This document shows, piece after piece, positions 1 to 12,179 of a stretch of DNA of 64,000 nt; position 1 is the stretch's first letter; the number at the start of each line of letters is the position of its first letter. Both the position numbers and the translations under genes were made by a program. Source of the DNA: Azolla caroliniana (Eukaryota; Plantae; Polypodiophyta); the NCBI GenBank assembly GCA_043228905.1, contig JBHGNT010000039.1:62001-126000 (forward strand), given 5' to 3'. The notes under the pieces are model-generated. The model saw only the letters and a program-made list of their open reading frames with translations, was not told the DNA's origin and did no database searches.

Positions 1-109
1 GGTATAACCATTTTAATTTACTCAAGGGCTCCTCTCAACTCACTCGTCAAATTTGGTAATTTCGTCATGTCTCTCGACCTTAGTTTCAAAATCTGTATTT
101 TTTAATTCT

Positions 110-1050
110 ATATCATAGCTAGCGTTGTTAGCTTCGATTCGCATGTTTAAACACAAAAATCCGATATCACACGAGCTAGGTATGACCATTTTAATTTACT
201 CAAGGGCTCCTCTCAACTCCCTCGTCAAGGTTGCTAATTTCGTCATATCTCTCGACCTGAGTTTCAAAATCTTGATTTTTTAAATCCATATCATAGCTAG
301 CGTTGCTGGCTTCGATTCGCATGTTTGAACACAAAAATCCGATATCATACGAGCCAGGTATGAACATTGTAATTTACTCAAGGGCTCCTCTCAACTCCCT
401 CGTCAAGGTTGCTAATTTCGTCATGTCTCTCGACCTGAGTTTCAAAATCAATATCATAGCTAGTGTTGTTAGCTTCGATTCGCATGTTTGAACACAAAAA
501 TCCGATATCACACGAGCCACGTATGAACCAATTTAATTTACTCAAGGGCTCCTCTCAACTCCCTCCTCAAATTTGCTAATTTCGTCATGTCTCTCGACCT
601 TAGTTTCAAAATCTTGATTTTTTCATTCCATATCATAGCTAACGTTGTTAGCTTCGATTCGCATGTTTGAACACAAAAATCCGATATCACACGTGCTAGG
701 TATAACCAATTTAATTTACTCAAGGGCTCCTCTCAACTCACTCCTCAAATTTGCTAATTTCGTCATGTCTCTCGACCTGGGTTTCAAAATCTTGATTTTT
801 TAATTCCATATCATAGCTAGCGTTGTTAGCTTCGATTCGCATGTTTGAACACAAAAATCTGATATCACACTCGCTAGGTATAACCATTTTAATTTACTCA
901 AGGGCTCCTCTCAACTCACTCGTCAAATTTGGTAATTTCGTCATGTCTCTCGACCTTAGTTTCAAAATCTGTATTTTTTAATTCCATATCATAGCTAGCG
1001 TTGTTAGCTTCGATTCACATGTTTGAACACAAAAATCCGATATCACACGA
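110..1050 (+). repeat. ~5-monomer block, copy 1 (duplicated 6404 bp downstream), containing a 163-bp truncated monomer
   Basis: Private variants GTTTAAAC, GTTGCTGG, ATCATACG, the deletion junction AAAATC|AATATC (449/450), GCCACGTA and ATCTGTATT all recur at +6404 (junction 6853/6854). ORF pairs 303/6707 and 538/6942 give the same offset. Confidence 0.9.
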
Positions 1051-1411
1051 GCCAGGTATGAACCAATTTAATTTACTCAAGGGCTCCTCTCAACTCCCTC
1101 CTCAAATTTGCTAATTTCGTCATGTCTCTCGACGTTAGTTTCAAAATCTTGATTTTTTAATTCCATATCATAGCTAGTGTTGTTAGCTTCGATTCGCATG
1201 TTTGAACACAAAAATCCGATATCACACGAGCCAGGTATGAACAGTGTAATTTACTCAAGGGCTCCTCTCAACTCACTCCTCAAATTTTCTAATTTCGTCA
1301 TGTCTCTCGACCTTAGTTTCAAAATCTTGATTTTTTAATTCTATATCATAGCTAGCGTTGTTAGCTTCGATTCGCATGTTTGAACACAAAAATCCGATAT
1401 CACACGAGCTA

Positions 1412-4400
1412 GGTCTGAACATTTTTATTTACTCAAGGGTTCCTCTCAACTCCCTCGTCAAGGTTGCTAATTTCGTCATACCTCTCGACCTGAGTTTCAA
1501 AATCTTGATTTTTTAAATCCATATCATAGCTAGCGTTGTTGGCTTCGATTCGCATGTTTGAACACAAAAATCCGATATCACACGAGCCAGGTATGAACAT
1601 TGTAATTTACCTACTAGCTCTTCTCAACTCCCTCCTCAAATTTGGTAATTTCGTCATGTCTCTCGACCTTAGTTTCAAAATCTTGATTTTTTAATTCCAT
1701 ATCATAGCTAGCGTTGTTAGCTTCGATTCGCATGTTTGAACACAAAAATCCGATATCACACGAGCTAGGTATGAACATTTTTATTTACTCAAGGGCTCCT
1801 CTCAACTCCCTCGTCAAGGTTGCTAATTTCGTCATGTCTCTCGACCTTAGTTTCAAAATCTTGATTTTTTAATTCCATATCATAGCTAGCGTTGTTAGCT
1901 TCGATTCGCATGTTTGAACACAAAAATCCGATATCACACGAGCCAGGTATGAACATTTTAATTTACTCAAGGGCTCCTCTCAACTCACTCCTCAAATTTG
2001 GTAATTTCGTCATGTCTCTCGATCTGAGTTTCAAAATCTTGATTTTTTAATTCCATATCATAGCTAGCGTTGTTAGCTTCGATTCGCATGTTTGAACACA
2101 AAAATCCGATATCACACGAGCCAGGTATGAACCAATTTAATTTACTCAAGGGCTCCTCTCAACTCCCTCCTCAAATTTGCTAATTTCGTCATGTCTCTCG
2201 ACCTTAGTTTCAAAATCTTGATTTTTTAATTCCATATCATAGCTAGCGTTGTTAGCTTCGATTCGCATGTTTGCACACAAAAATCCGATATCACACGAGC
2301 AAGGTATGAACAGTGTAATTTACTCAAGGGCTCTTCTCAACTCACTCCTCAAATTTGCTAATTTCGTCATATCTCTCGACCTGAGTTTCAAAATCTTGAT
2401 TTTTTAAATCCATATCATAGCTAGCGTTGTTGGCTTCGATTCGCATGTTTGAACACAAAAATCCGATATCACACGAGCCAGGTATGAACATTGTAATTTA
2501 CCTACTAGCTCTTCTCAACTCCCTCCTCAAATTTGCTAATTTCGTCATGTCTCTCGACCTTAGTTTCAAAATCTTGATTTTTTAATTCCATATCATAGCT
2601 AGCGTTGTTAGCTTCGTTTCGCATGTTTGAACACAAAAATCCGATATCACACGAGCTAGGTATGAACATTTTTATTTACTCAAGGGCTCCTCTCAACTCC
2701 CTCGTCAAGGTTGCTAATTTCGTCATGTCTCTCGACCTTAGTTTCAAAATCTTGATTTTTTTAATTCCATATCATAGCTAGCGTTGTTAGCTTCGATTCG
2801 CATGTTTGAACACAAAAATCCGATATCACACGAGCTAGGTCTGAACATTTTTATTTACTCAAGGGTTCCTCTCAACTCCCTCGTCAAGGTTGCTAATTTC
2901 GTCATACCTCTCGACCTGAGTTTCAAAATCTTGATTTTTTAAATCCATATCATAGCTAGCGTTGTTGGCTTCGATTCGCATGTTTGAACACAAAAATCCG
3001 ATATCACACGAGCCAGGTATGAACATTGTAATTTACCTACTAGCTCTTCTCAACTCCCTCCTCAAATTTGGTAATTTCGTCATGTCTCTCGACCTTAGTT
3101 TCAAAATCTTGATTTTTTAATTCCATATCATAGCTAGCGTTGTTAGCTTCGATTCGCATGTTTGAACACAAAAATCCGATATCACACGAGCTAGGTATGA
3201 ACATTTTTATTTACTCAAGGGCTCCTCTCAACTCCCTCGTCAAGGTTGCTAATTTCGTCATGTCTCTCGACCTTAGTTTCAAAATCTTGATTTTTTTAAT
3301 TCCATATCATAGCTAGCGTTGTTAGCTTCGATTCGCATGTTTGAACACAAAAATCCGATATCACACGAGCTAGGTATGAACATTTTTATTTACTCAAGGG
3401 CTCCTCTCAACTCCCTCGTCAAGGTTGCTAATTTCGTCATGTCTCTCGACCTTAGTTTCAAAATCTTGATTTTTTAATTCCATATCATAGCTAGCGTTGT
3501 TAGCTTCGATTCGCATGTTTGAACACAAAAATCCGATATCACACGAGCCAGGTATGAACATTTTAATTTACTCAAGGGCTCCTCTCAACTCACTCCTCAA
3601 ATTTGGTAATTTCGTCATGTCTCTCGATCTGAGTTTCAAAATCTTGATTTTTTAATTCCATATCATAGCTAGCGTTGTTAGCTTCGATTCGCATGTTTGA
3701 ACACAAAAATCCGATATCACACGAGCCAGGTATGAACCAATTTAATTTACTCAAGGGCTCCTCTCAACTCCCTCCTCAAATTTGCTAATTTCGTCATGTC
3801 TCTCGACCTTAGTTTCAAAATCTTGATTTTTTAATTCCATATCATAGCTAGCGTTGTTAGCTTCGATTCGCATGTTTGCACACAAAAATCCGATATCACA
3901 CGAGCAAGGTATGAACAGTGTAATTTACTCAAGGGCTCTTCTCAACTCACTCCTCAAATTTGCTAATTTCGTCATATCTCTCGACCTGAGTTTCAAAATC
4001 TTGATTTTTTAAATCCATATCATAGCTAGCGTTGTTGGCTTCGATTCGCATGTTTGAACACAAAAATCCGATATCACACGAGCCAGGTATGAACATTGTA
4101 ATTTACCTACTAGCTCTTCTCAACTCCCTCCTCAAATTTGCTAATTTCGTCATGTCTCTCGACCTTAGTTTCAAAATCTTGATTTTTTAATTCCATATCA
4201 TAGCTAGCGTTGTTAGCTTCGTTTCGCATGTTTGAACACAAAAATCCGATATCACACGAGCTAGGTATGAACATTTTTATTTACTCAAGGGCTCCTCTCA
4301 ACTCCCTCGTCAAGGTTGCTAATTTCGTCATGTCTCTCGACCTTAGTTTCAAAATCTTGATTTTTTTAATTCCATATCATAGCTAGCGTTGTTAGCTTCG

Positions 4401-6220
4401 ATTCGCATGTTTGAACACAAAAATCCGATATCACACGAGCTAGGTCTGAACATTTTTATTTACTCAAGGGTTCCTCTCAACTCCCTCGTCAAGGTTGCTA
4501 ATTTCGTCATACCTCTCGACCTGAGTTTCAAAATCTTGATTTTTTAAATCCATATCATAGCTAGCGTTGTTGGCTTCGATTCGCATGTTTGAACACAAAA
4601 ATCCGATATCACACGAGCCAGGTATGAACATTGTAATTTACCTACTAGCTCTTCTCAACTCCCTCCTCAAATTTGGTAATTTCGTCATGTCTCTCGACCT
4701 TAGTTTCAAAATCTTGATTTTTTAATTCCATATCATAGCTAGCGTTGTTAGCTTCGATTCGCATGTTTGAACACAAAAATCCGATATCACACGAGCTAGG
4801 TATGAACATTTTTATTTACTCAAGGGCTCCTCTCAACTCCCTCGTCAAGGTTGCTAATTTCGTCATGTCTCTCGACCTTAGTTTCAAAATCTTGATTTTT
4901 TTAATTCCATATCATAGCTAGCGTTGTTAGCTTCGATTCGCATGTTTGAACACAAAAATCCGATATCACACGAGCTAGGTATGAACATTTTTATTTACTC
5001 AAGGGCTCCTCTCAACTCCCTCGTCAAGGTTGCTAATTTCGTCATGTCTCTCGACCTTAGTTTCAAAATCTTTATTTTTTAATTCCATATCATAGCTAGC
5101 GTTGTTAGCTTCGATTCGCATGTTTGAACACAAAAATCCGATATCACACGAGCCAGGTATGAACATTTTAATTTACTCAAGGGCTCCTCTCAACTCACTC
5201 CTCAAATTTGGTAATTTCGTCATGTCTCTCGATCTGAGTTTCAAAATCTTGATTTTTTAATTCCATATCATAGCTAGCGTTGTTAGCTTCGATTCGCATG
5301 TTTGAACACAAAAATCCGATATCACACGAGCCAGGTATGAACCAATTTAATTTACTCAAGGGCTCCTCTCAACTCCCTCCTCAAATTTGCTAATTTCGTC
5401 ATGTCTCTCGACCTTAGTTTCAAAATCTTGATTTTTTAATTCCATATCATAGCTAGCGTTGTTAGCTTCGATTCGCATGTTTGCACACAAAAATCCGATA
5501 TCACACGAGCAAGGTATGAACAGTGTAATTTACTCAAGGGCTCTTCTCAACTCACTCCTCAAATTTGCTAATTTCGTCATATCTCTCGACCTGAGTTTCA
5601 AAATCTTGATTTTTTAAATCCATATCATAGCTAGCGTTGTTGGCTTCGATTCGCATGTTTGAACACAAAAATCCGATATCACACGAGCCAGGTATGAACA
5701 TTGTAATTTACCTACTAGCTCTTCTCAACTCCCTCCTCAAATTTGCTAATTTCATCATGTCTCTCGACCTTAGTTTCAAAATCTTGATTTTTTAATTCCA
5801 TATCATAGCTAGCGTTGTTAGCTTCGTTTCGCATGTTTGAACACAAAAATCCGATATCACACGAGCTAGGTATGAACATTTTTATTTACTCAAGGGCTCC
5901 TCTCAACTCCCTCGTCAAGGTTGCTAATTTCGTCATGTCTCTCGACCTTAGTTTCAAAATCTTGATTTTTTTAATTCCATATCATAGCTAGCGTTGTTAG
6001 CTTCGATTCGCATGTTTGAACACAAAAATCCGATATCACACGAGCTAGGTATGAACATTTTTATTTACTCAAGGGCTCCTCTCAACTCCCTCGTCAAGGT
6101 TGCTAATTTCGTCATGTCTCTCGACCTTAGTTTCAAAATCTTGATTTTTTAATTCCATATCATAGCTAGCGTTGTTAGCTTCGATTCGCATGTTTGAACA
6201 CAAAAATCCGATATCACACG
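1412..6220 (+). repeat. Higher-order repeat: 9-mer of 1605 bp, ~3 tandem copies (first copy is an 8-mer of 1426 bp)
   Basis: TTGCACAC marker at 2274/3879/5484 and CGTTTCG marker at 2616/4221/5826 are both 1605 apart. GGTCTGAAC at 1415/2841/4446 gives spacings of 1426 and 1605. Confidence 0.92.
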
Positions 6221-6514
6221 AGCCAGGTATGAACATTTTAATTTACCTACTAGCTCTTCTCAACTCACTCCTCAAATTTGGTAATTTCGTCATGTCTCTC
6301 GATCTGAGTTTCAAAATCTTGATTTTTTAATTCCATATCATAGCTACCGTTGTTAGCTTCGATTCGCATGTTTGAACACAAAAATCCGATATCACACGAG
6401 CCAGGTATGAACAGTGTAATTTACTCAAGGGCTCCTCTCAACTCACTCCTCAAATTTTCTAATTTCGTCATGTCTCTCGACCTTAGTTTCAAAATCTTGA
6501 TTTTTTAATTCTAT

Positions 6515-7460
6515 ATCATAGCTAGCGTTGTTGGGCTTCGATTCGCATGTTTAAACACAAAAATCCGATATCACACGAGCTAGGTATGACCATTTTAATT
6601 TACTCAAGGGCTCCTCTCAACTCCCTCGTCAAGGTTGCTAATTTCGTCATATCTCTCGACCTGAGTTTCAAAATCTTGATTTTTTAAATCCATATCATAG
6701 CTAGCGTTGCTGGCTTCGATTCGCATGTTTGAACACAAAAATCCGATATCATACGAGCCAGGTATGAACATTGTAATTTACTCAAGGGCTCCTCTCAACT
6801 CCCTCGTCAAGGTTGCTAATTTCGTCATGTCTCTCGACCTGAGTTTCAAAATCAATATCATAGCTAGTGTTGTTAGCTTCGATTCGCATGTTTGAACACA
6901 AAAATCCGATATCACACGAGCCACGTATGAACCAATTTAATTTACTCAAGGGCTCCTCTCAACTCCCTCCTCAAATTTGCTAATTTCGTCATGTCTCTCG
7001 ACCTTAGTTTCAAAATCTTGATTTTTTCATTCCATATCATAGCTAACGTTGTTAGCTTCGATTCGCAGGTTTGAACACAAAAATCCGATATCACACGTGC
7101 TAGGTATAACCAATTTAATTTACTCAAGGGCTCCTCTCAACTCACTCCTCAAATTTGCTAATTTCGTCATGTCTCTCGACCTGGGTTTCAAAATCTTGAT
7201 TTTTTAATTCCATATCATAGCTAGCGTTGTTAGCTTCGATTCGCATGTTTGAACACAAAAATCTGATATCACACTCGCTAGGTATAATCATTTTAATTTA
7301 CTCAAGGGCTCCTCTCAACTCACTCGTCAAATTTGGTAATTTCGTCATGTCTCTCGACCTTAGTTTCAAAATCTGTATTTTTTAATTCCATATCATAGCT
7401 AGCGTTGTTAGCTTCGATTCGCATGTTTGAACACAAAAATCCGATATCACACGAGCCAGG
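6515..7460 (+). repeat. ~5-monomer block, copy 2 (of 110-1050)
   Basis: Same ordered private variants as 110-1050 at offset 6404, with a few new differences (e.g. GTTGGGCTT, CGCAGGTT, GGTATAATC). Confidence 0.9.
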
Positions 7461-10400
7461 TATGAACCATTTTAATTTACTCAAGGGCTCCTCTCAACTC
7501 CCTCCTCAAATTTGGTAATTTCGTCATGTCTCTCGACCTTAGTTTCAAAATCTTGATTTTTTAATTCCATATCATAGCTAGCGTTGTTAGCTTCGATTCG
7601 CATGTTTGAACACAAAAATCCGATATCACACGAGTTAGGTATCAACATTTTTATTTACTCAAGGGTTCCTCTCAACTCCCTCGTCAAGGTTGCTAATTGC
7701 GTCATATCTCTCGACCTAAGTTTCAAAATCTTGATTTTTTAAATCCATATCATAGCTAGCGTTGTTGGCTTCGATTCGCATGTTTGAACACAAAAATCCG
7801 ATATCACACGAGCCAGGTATGAACATTGTAATTTACCTACTAGCTCTTCTCAACTCCCTCCTCAAATTTGGTAATTTCGTCATGTCTCTCGACCTTAGTT
7901 TCAAAATCTTGATTTTTTAATTCCATATCATAGCTAGCGTTGTTAGCTTCGATTCGCATGTTTGAACACAAAAATCCGATATCACACGAGCTAGGTATGA
8001 ACATTTTTATTTACTCAAGGGCTCCTCTCAACTCCCTCGTCAAGGTTGCTAATTTCGTCATGTCCCTCGACCTTAGTTTCAAAATCTTGATTTTTTTAAT
8101 TCCATATCATAGCTAGTGTTGTTAGCTTCGATTCGCATGTTTGAACACAAAAATCCGATATCACACGAGCTAGGTATGAACATTTTTATTTACTCAAGGG
8201 CTCCTCTCAACTCCCTCGTCAAGGTTGCTAATTTCGTCATGTCTCTCGACCTGGGTTTCAAAATCTTGATTTTTTAATTCCATATCATAGCTAGCGTTGT
8301 TAGCTTCCATTCGCATGTTTGAACACAAAAATCCGATATCACACGAGCTAGGTATAACCATTTTAATTTACTCAAGGGCTCCTCTCAACTCACTCCTCAA
8401 ATTTGCTAATTTCGTCATGTCTCTCGACCTGAGTTTCAAAATCTTGATTTTTTAATTCCATATCATAGCTAGCGTTGTTAGCTTCGATTCGCATGTTTGA
8501 ACACAAAAATCCGATATCACACGTGCTAGGTATAACCAATTTAATTTACTCAAGGGCTCCTCTCAACTGACTCCTCAAATTTGCTAATTTCGTCATGTCT
8601 CTCGACCTTAGTTTCAAAATCTTGATTTTTTAATTCCATATCATAGCTAGCGTTGTTAGCTTCGATTCGCATGTTTGAACACAAAAATCCGATATCACAC
8701 GAGCCAGGTATGAACAGTGTAATTTACTCAAGGGCTCCTCTCAACTCACTCCTCAAATTTTCTAATTTCGTCATGTCTCTCGACCTTAGTTTCAAAATCT
8801 TGATTTTTTAATTCTATATCATAGCTAGCGTTGTTAGCTTCGATTCGCATGTTTGAACACAAAAATCCGATATCACACGAGCTAGGTATGACCATTTTAA
8901 TTTACTCAAGGGCTCCTCTCAACTCCCTCGTCAAGGTTGCTAATTTCGTCATATCTCTCGACCTTAGTTTCAAAATCTTGATTTTTTAAATCCATATCAT
9001 AGCTAGCGTTGTTGGCTTCGATTTGCATGTTTGAACACAAAAATCCGATATCACACGAGCCAGGTATGAACATTGTAATTTACCTACTAGCTCTTCTCAA
9101 CTCACTCCTCAAATTTGGTAATTTCGTCATGTCTCTCGATCTTAGTTTCAAAATCTTGATTTTTTAATTCCATATCATAGCTATCGTTGTTAGCTTCGAT
9201 TCGCATGTTTGAACACAAAAATCCGATATCACACAAGCTAGGTATGAACATTTTAATTTACTCAAGGGCTCCTCTCAACTCCCTCGTCAAGGTTGCTAAT
9301 TTCGTCATGTCTCTCGACCTTAGTTTCAAAATCTTGATTTTTTTAATTCCATATCATAGCTAGCGTTGTTAGCTTCGATTCGCATGTTTGAACACAAAAA
9401 TCCGATATCACACGAGCTAGGTATGAACATTTTTATTTACTCAAGGGCTCCTCTCAACTCCCTCGTGAAGGTTGCTAATTTCGTCATGTCTCTCGACCTT
9501 AGTTTCAAAATCTTGATTTTTTTAATTCAATATCATAGCTAGTGTTGTTAGCTTCGATTCGCATGTTTGAACACAAAAATCCGATATCACACGAGCTAGG
9601 TATGAACATTTTTATTTACTCAAGGGCTCCTCTCAACTCCCTCGTCAAGGTTGCTAATTTCGTCATGTCTCTCGACCTGGGTTTCAAAATCTTGATTTTT
9701 TAATTCCATATCATAGCTAGCGTTGTTAGCTTCCATTCGCATGTTTGAACACAAAAATCCGATATCACACGAGCTAGGTATAACCATTTTAATTTACTCA
9801 AGGGCACCTCTCAACTCACTCCTCAAATTTGGTAATTTCGTCATGTCTCTCGACCTTAGTTTCAAAATCTTGATTTTTTAATTCCATATCATAGCTAGCG
9901 TTGTTAGCTTCGATTCGCATGTTTGAACACAAAAATCCGATATCACACGAGCTAGGTATGAACATTTTTATTTACTCAAGGGCTCCTCTCAACTCCCTCG
10001 TCAAGGTTGCTAATTTCGTCATGTCTCTCGACCTTAGTTTCAAAATCTTGATTTTTTTAATTCCATATCATAGCTAGCGTTGTTAGCTTCGATTCGCATG
10101 TTTGAACACAAAAATCCGATATCACACGAGCTAGGTATGAACATTTTTATTTACTCAAGGGCTCCTCTCAACTCCCTCGTCAAGGTTGCTAATTTCGTCA
10201 TGTCTCTCGACCTGAGTTTCAAAATCTTGATTTTTTTAATTCCATATCATAGCTAGCGTTGTTAGCTTCGATTCGCATGTTTGAACACAAAAATCCGATA
10301 TCACACGAGCCAGGTATGAACATTTTAATTTACTCAAGGGCTCCTCTCAACTCCCTCCTCAAATTTTGTAATTTCGTCATGTCTCTCGACCTGGGTTTCA

Positions 10401-12179
10401 AAATCTTGATTTTTTAATTCCATATCATAGCTAGCGTTGTTAGTTTCGATTCGCATGTTTGAACACAAAAATCCGATATCACACGAGCCAGGTATGAACT
10501 TTTTAATTTACTCAAGGGCTCTTCTCAACTCCCTCCTCAAATTTGCTAATTTCGTCATGTCTCTCGACGTTAGTTTCAAAATCTTGATTTTTTAATTCCA
10601 TATCATAGCTAGCGTTGTTAGTTTCGATTCGCATGTTTGAACACAAAAATCCGATATCACACGTGCTAGGTATAACCAATTTAATTTACTCAAGGGCTCC
10701 TCTCAACTCACTCCTCAAATTTGGTAATTTCGTCATGTCTCTCGACCTTAGTTTCAAAATCTTGATTTTTTAATTCCATATCATAGCTAGCGTTGTTAGC
10801 TTCGATTCGCATGTTTGAACACAAAAATCCGATATCACACGAGTTAGGTATCAACATTTTTATTTACTCAAGGGTTCCTCTCAACTCCCTCGTCAAGGTT
10901 GCTAATTTCGTCATATCTCTCGACCTAAGTTTCAAAATCTTGATTTTTTAAATCCATATCATAGCTAGCGTTGTTGGCTTCGATTCGCATGTTTGAACAC
11001 AAAAATCCGATATCACACGAGCCAGGTATGAACATTGTAATTTACCTACTAGCTCTTCTCAACTCCCTCCTCAAATTTGGTAATTTCGTCATGTCTCTCG
11101 ACCTTAGTTTCAAAATCTTGATTTTTTAATTCCATATCATAGCTAGCGTTGTTAGCTTCGATTCGCATGTTTGAACACAAAAATCCGATATCACACGAGC
11201 TAGGTATGAACATTTTTATTTACTCAAGGGTTCCTCTCAACTCCCTCGTCAAGGTTGCTAATTTCGTCATACCTCTCGACCTGAGTTTCAAAATCTTGAT
11301 TTTTTAAATCCATATCATAGCTAGCGTTGTTGGCTTCGATTCGCATGTTTGAACACAAAAATCCGATATCACACGAGCCAGGTATGAACATTGTAATTTA
11401 CCTACTAGCTCTTCTCAACTCCCTCCTCAAATTTGGTAATTTCGTCATGTCTCTCGACCTTAGTTTCAAAATCTTGATTTTTTAATTCCATATCATAGCT
11501 AGCGTTGTTAGCTTCGATTCGCATGTTTGAACACAAAAATCCGATATCACACGAGCTAGGTATGAACATTTTTATTTACTCAAGGGCTCCTCTCAACTCC
11601 CTCGTCAAGGTTGCTAATTTCGTCATGTCTCTCGACCTTAGTTTCAAAATCTTGATTTTTTTAATTCAATATCATAGCTAGGGTTGTTAGCTTCGATTCG
11701 CATGTTTGAACACAAAAATCCGATATCACACGAGCTAGGTATGAACATTTTTATTTACTCAAGGGCTCCTCTCAACTCCCTCGTCAAGGTTGCTAATTTC
11801 GTCATGTCTCTCGACCTGGGTTTCAAAATCTTGATTTTTTAATTCCATATCATAGCTAGCGTTGTTAGCTTCCAGTCGCATGTTTGAACACAAAAATCCG
11901 ATATCACACGAGCTAGGTATAACCATTTTAATTTACTCAAGGGCTCCTCTCAACTCACTCCTCAAATTTGCTAATTTCGTCATGTCTCTCGACCTGAGTT
12001 TCAAAATCTTGATTTTTTAATTCCATATCATAGCTAGCGTTGTTAGTTTCGATTCGCATGTTTGAACACAAAAATCCGATATCACACGAGCCAGGTATGA
12101 ACTTTTTAATTTACTCAAGGGCTCTTCTCAACTCCCTCCTCAAATTTGCTAATTTCGTCATGTCTCTCGACGTTAGTTT

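Noticed and set aside
690-695. CACGTG (E-box/G-box, resembling yeast CDEI) in one monomer variant
   Set aside because: It is a single A>T variant of CACGAG, does not fit RTCACRTG, and a 6-mer match is expected by chance.
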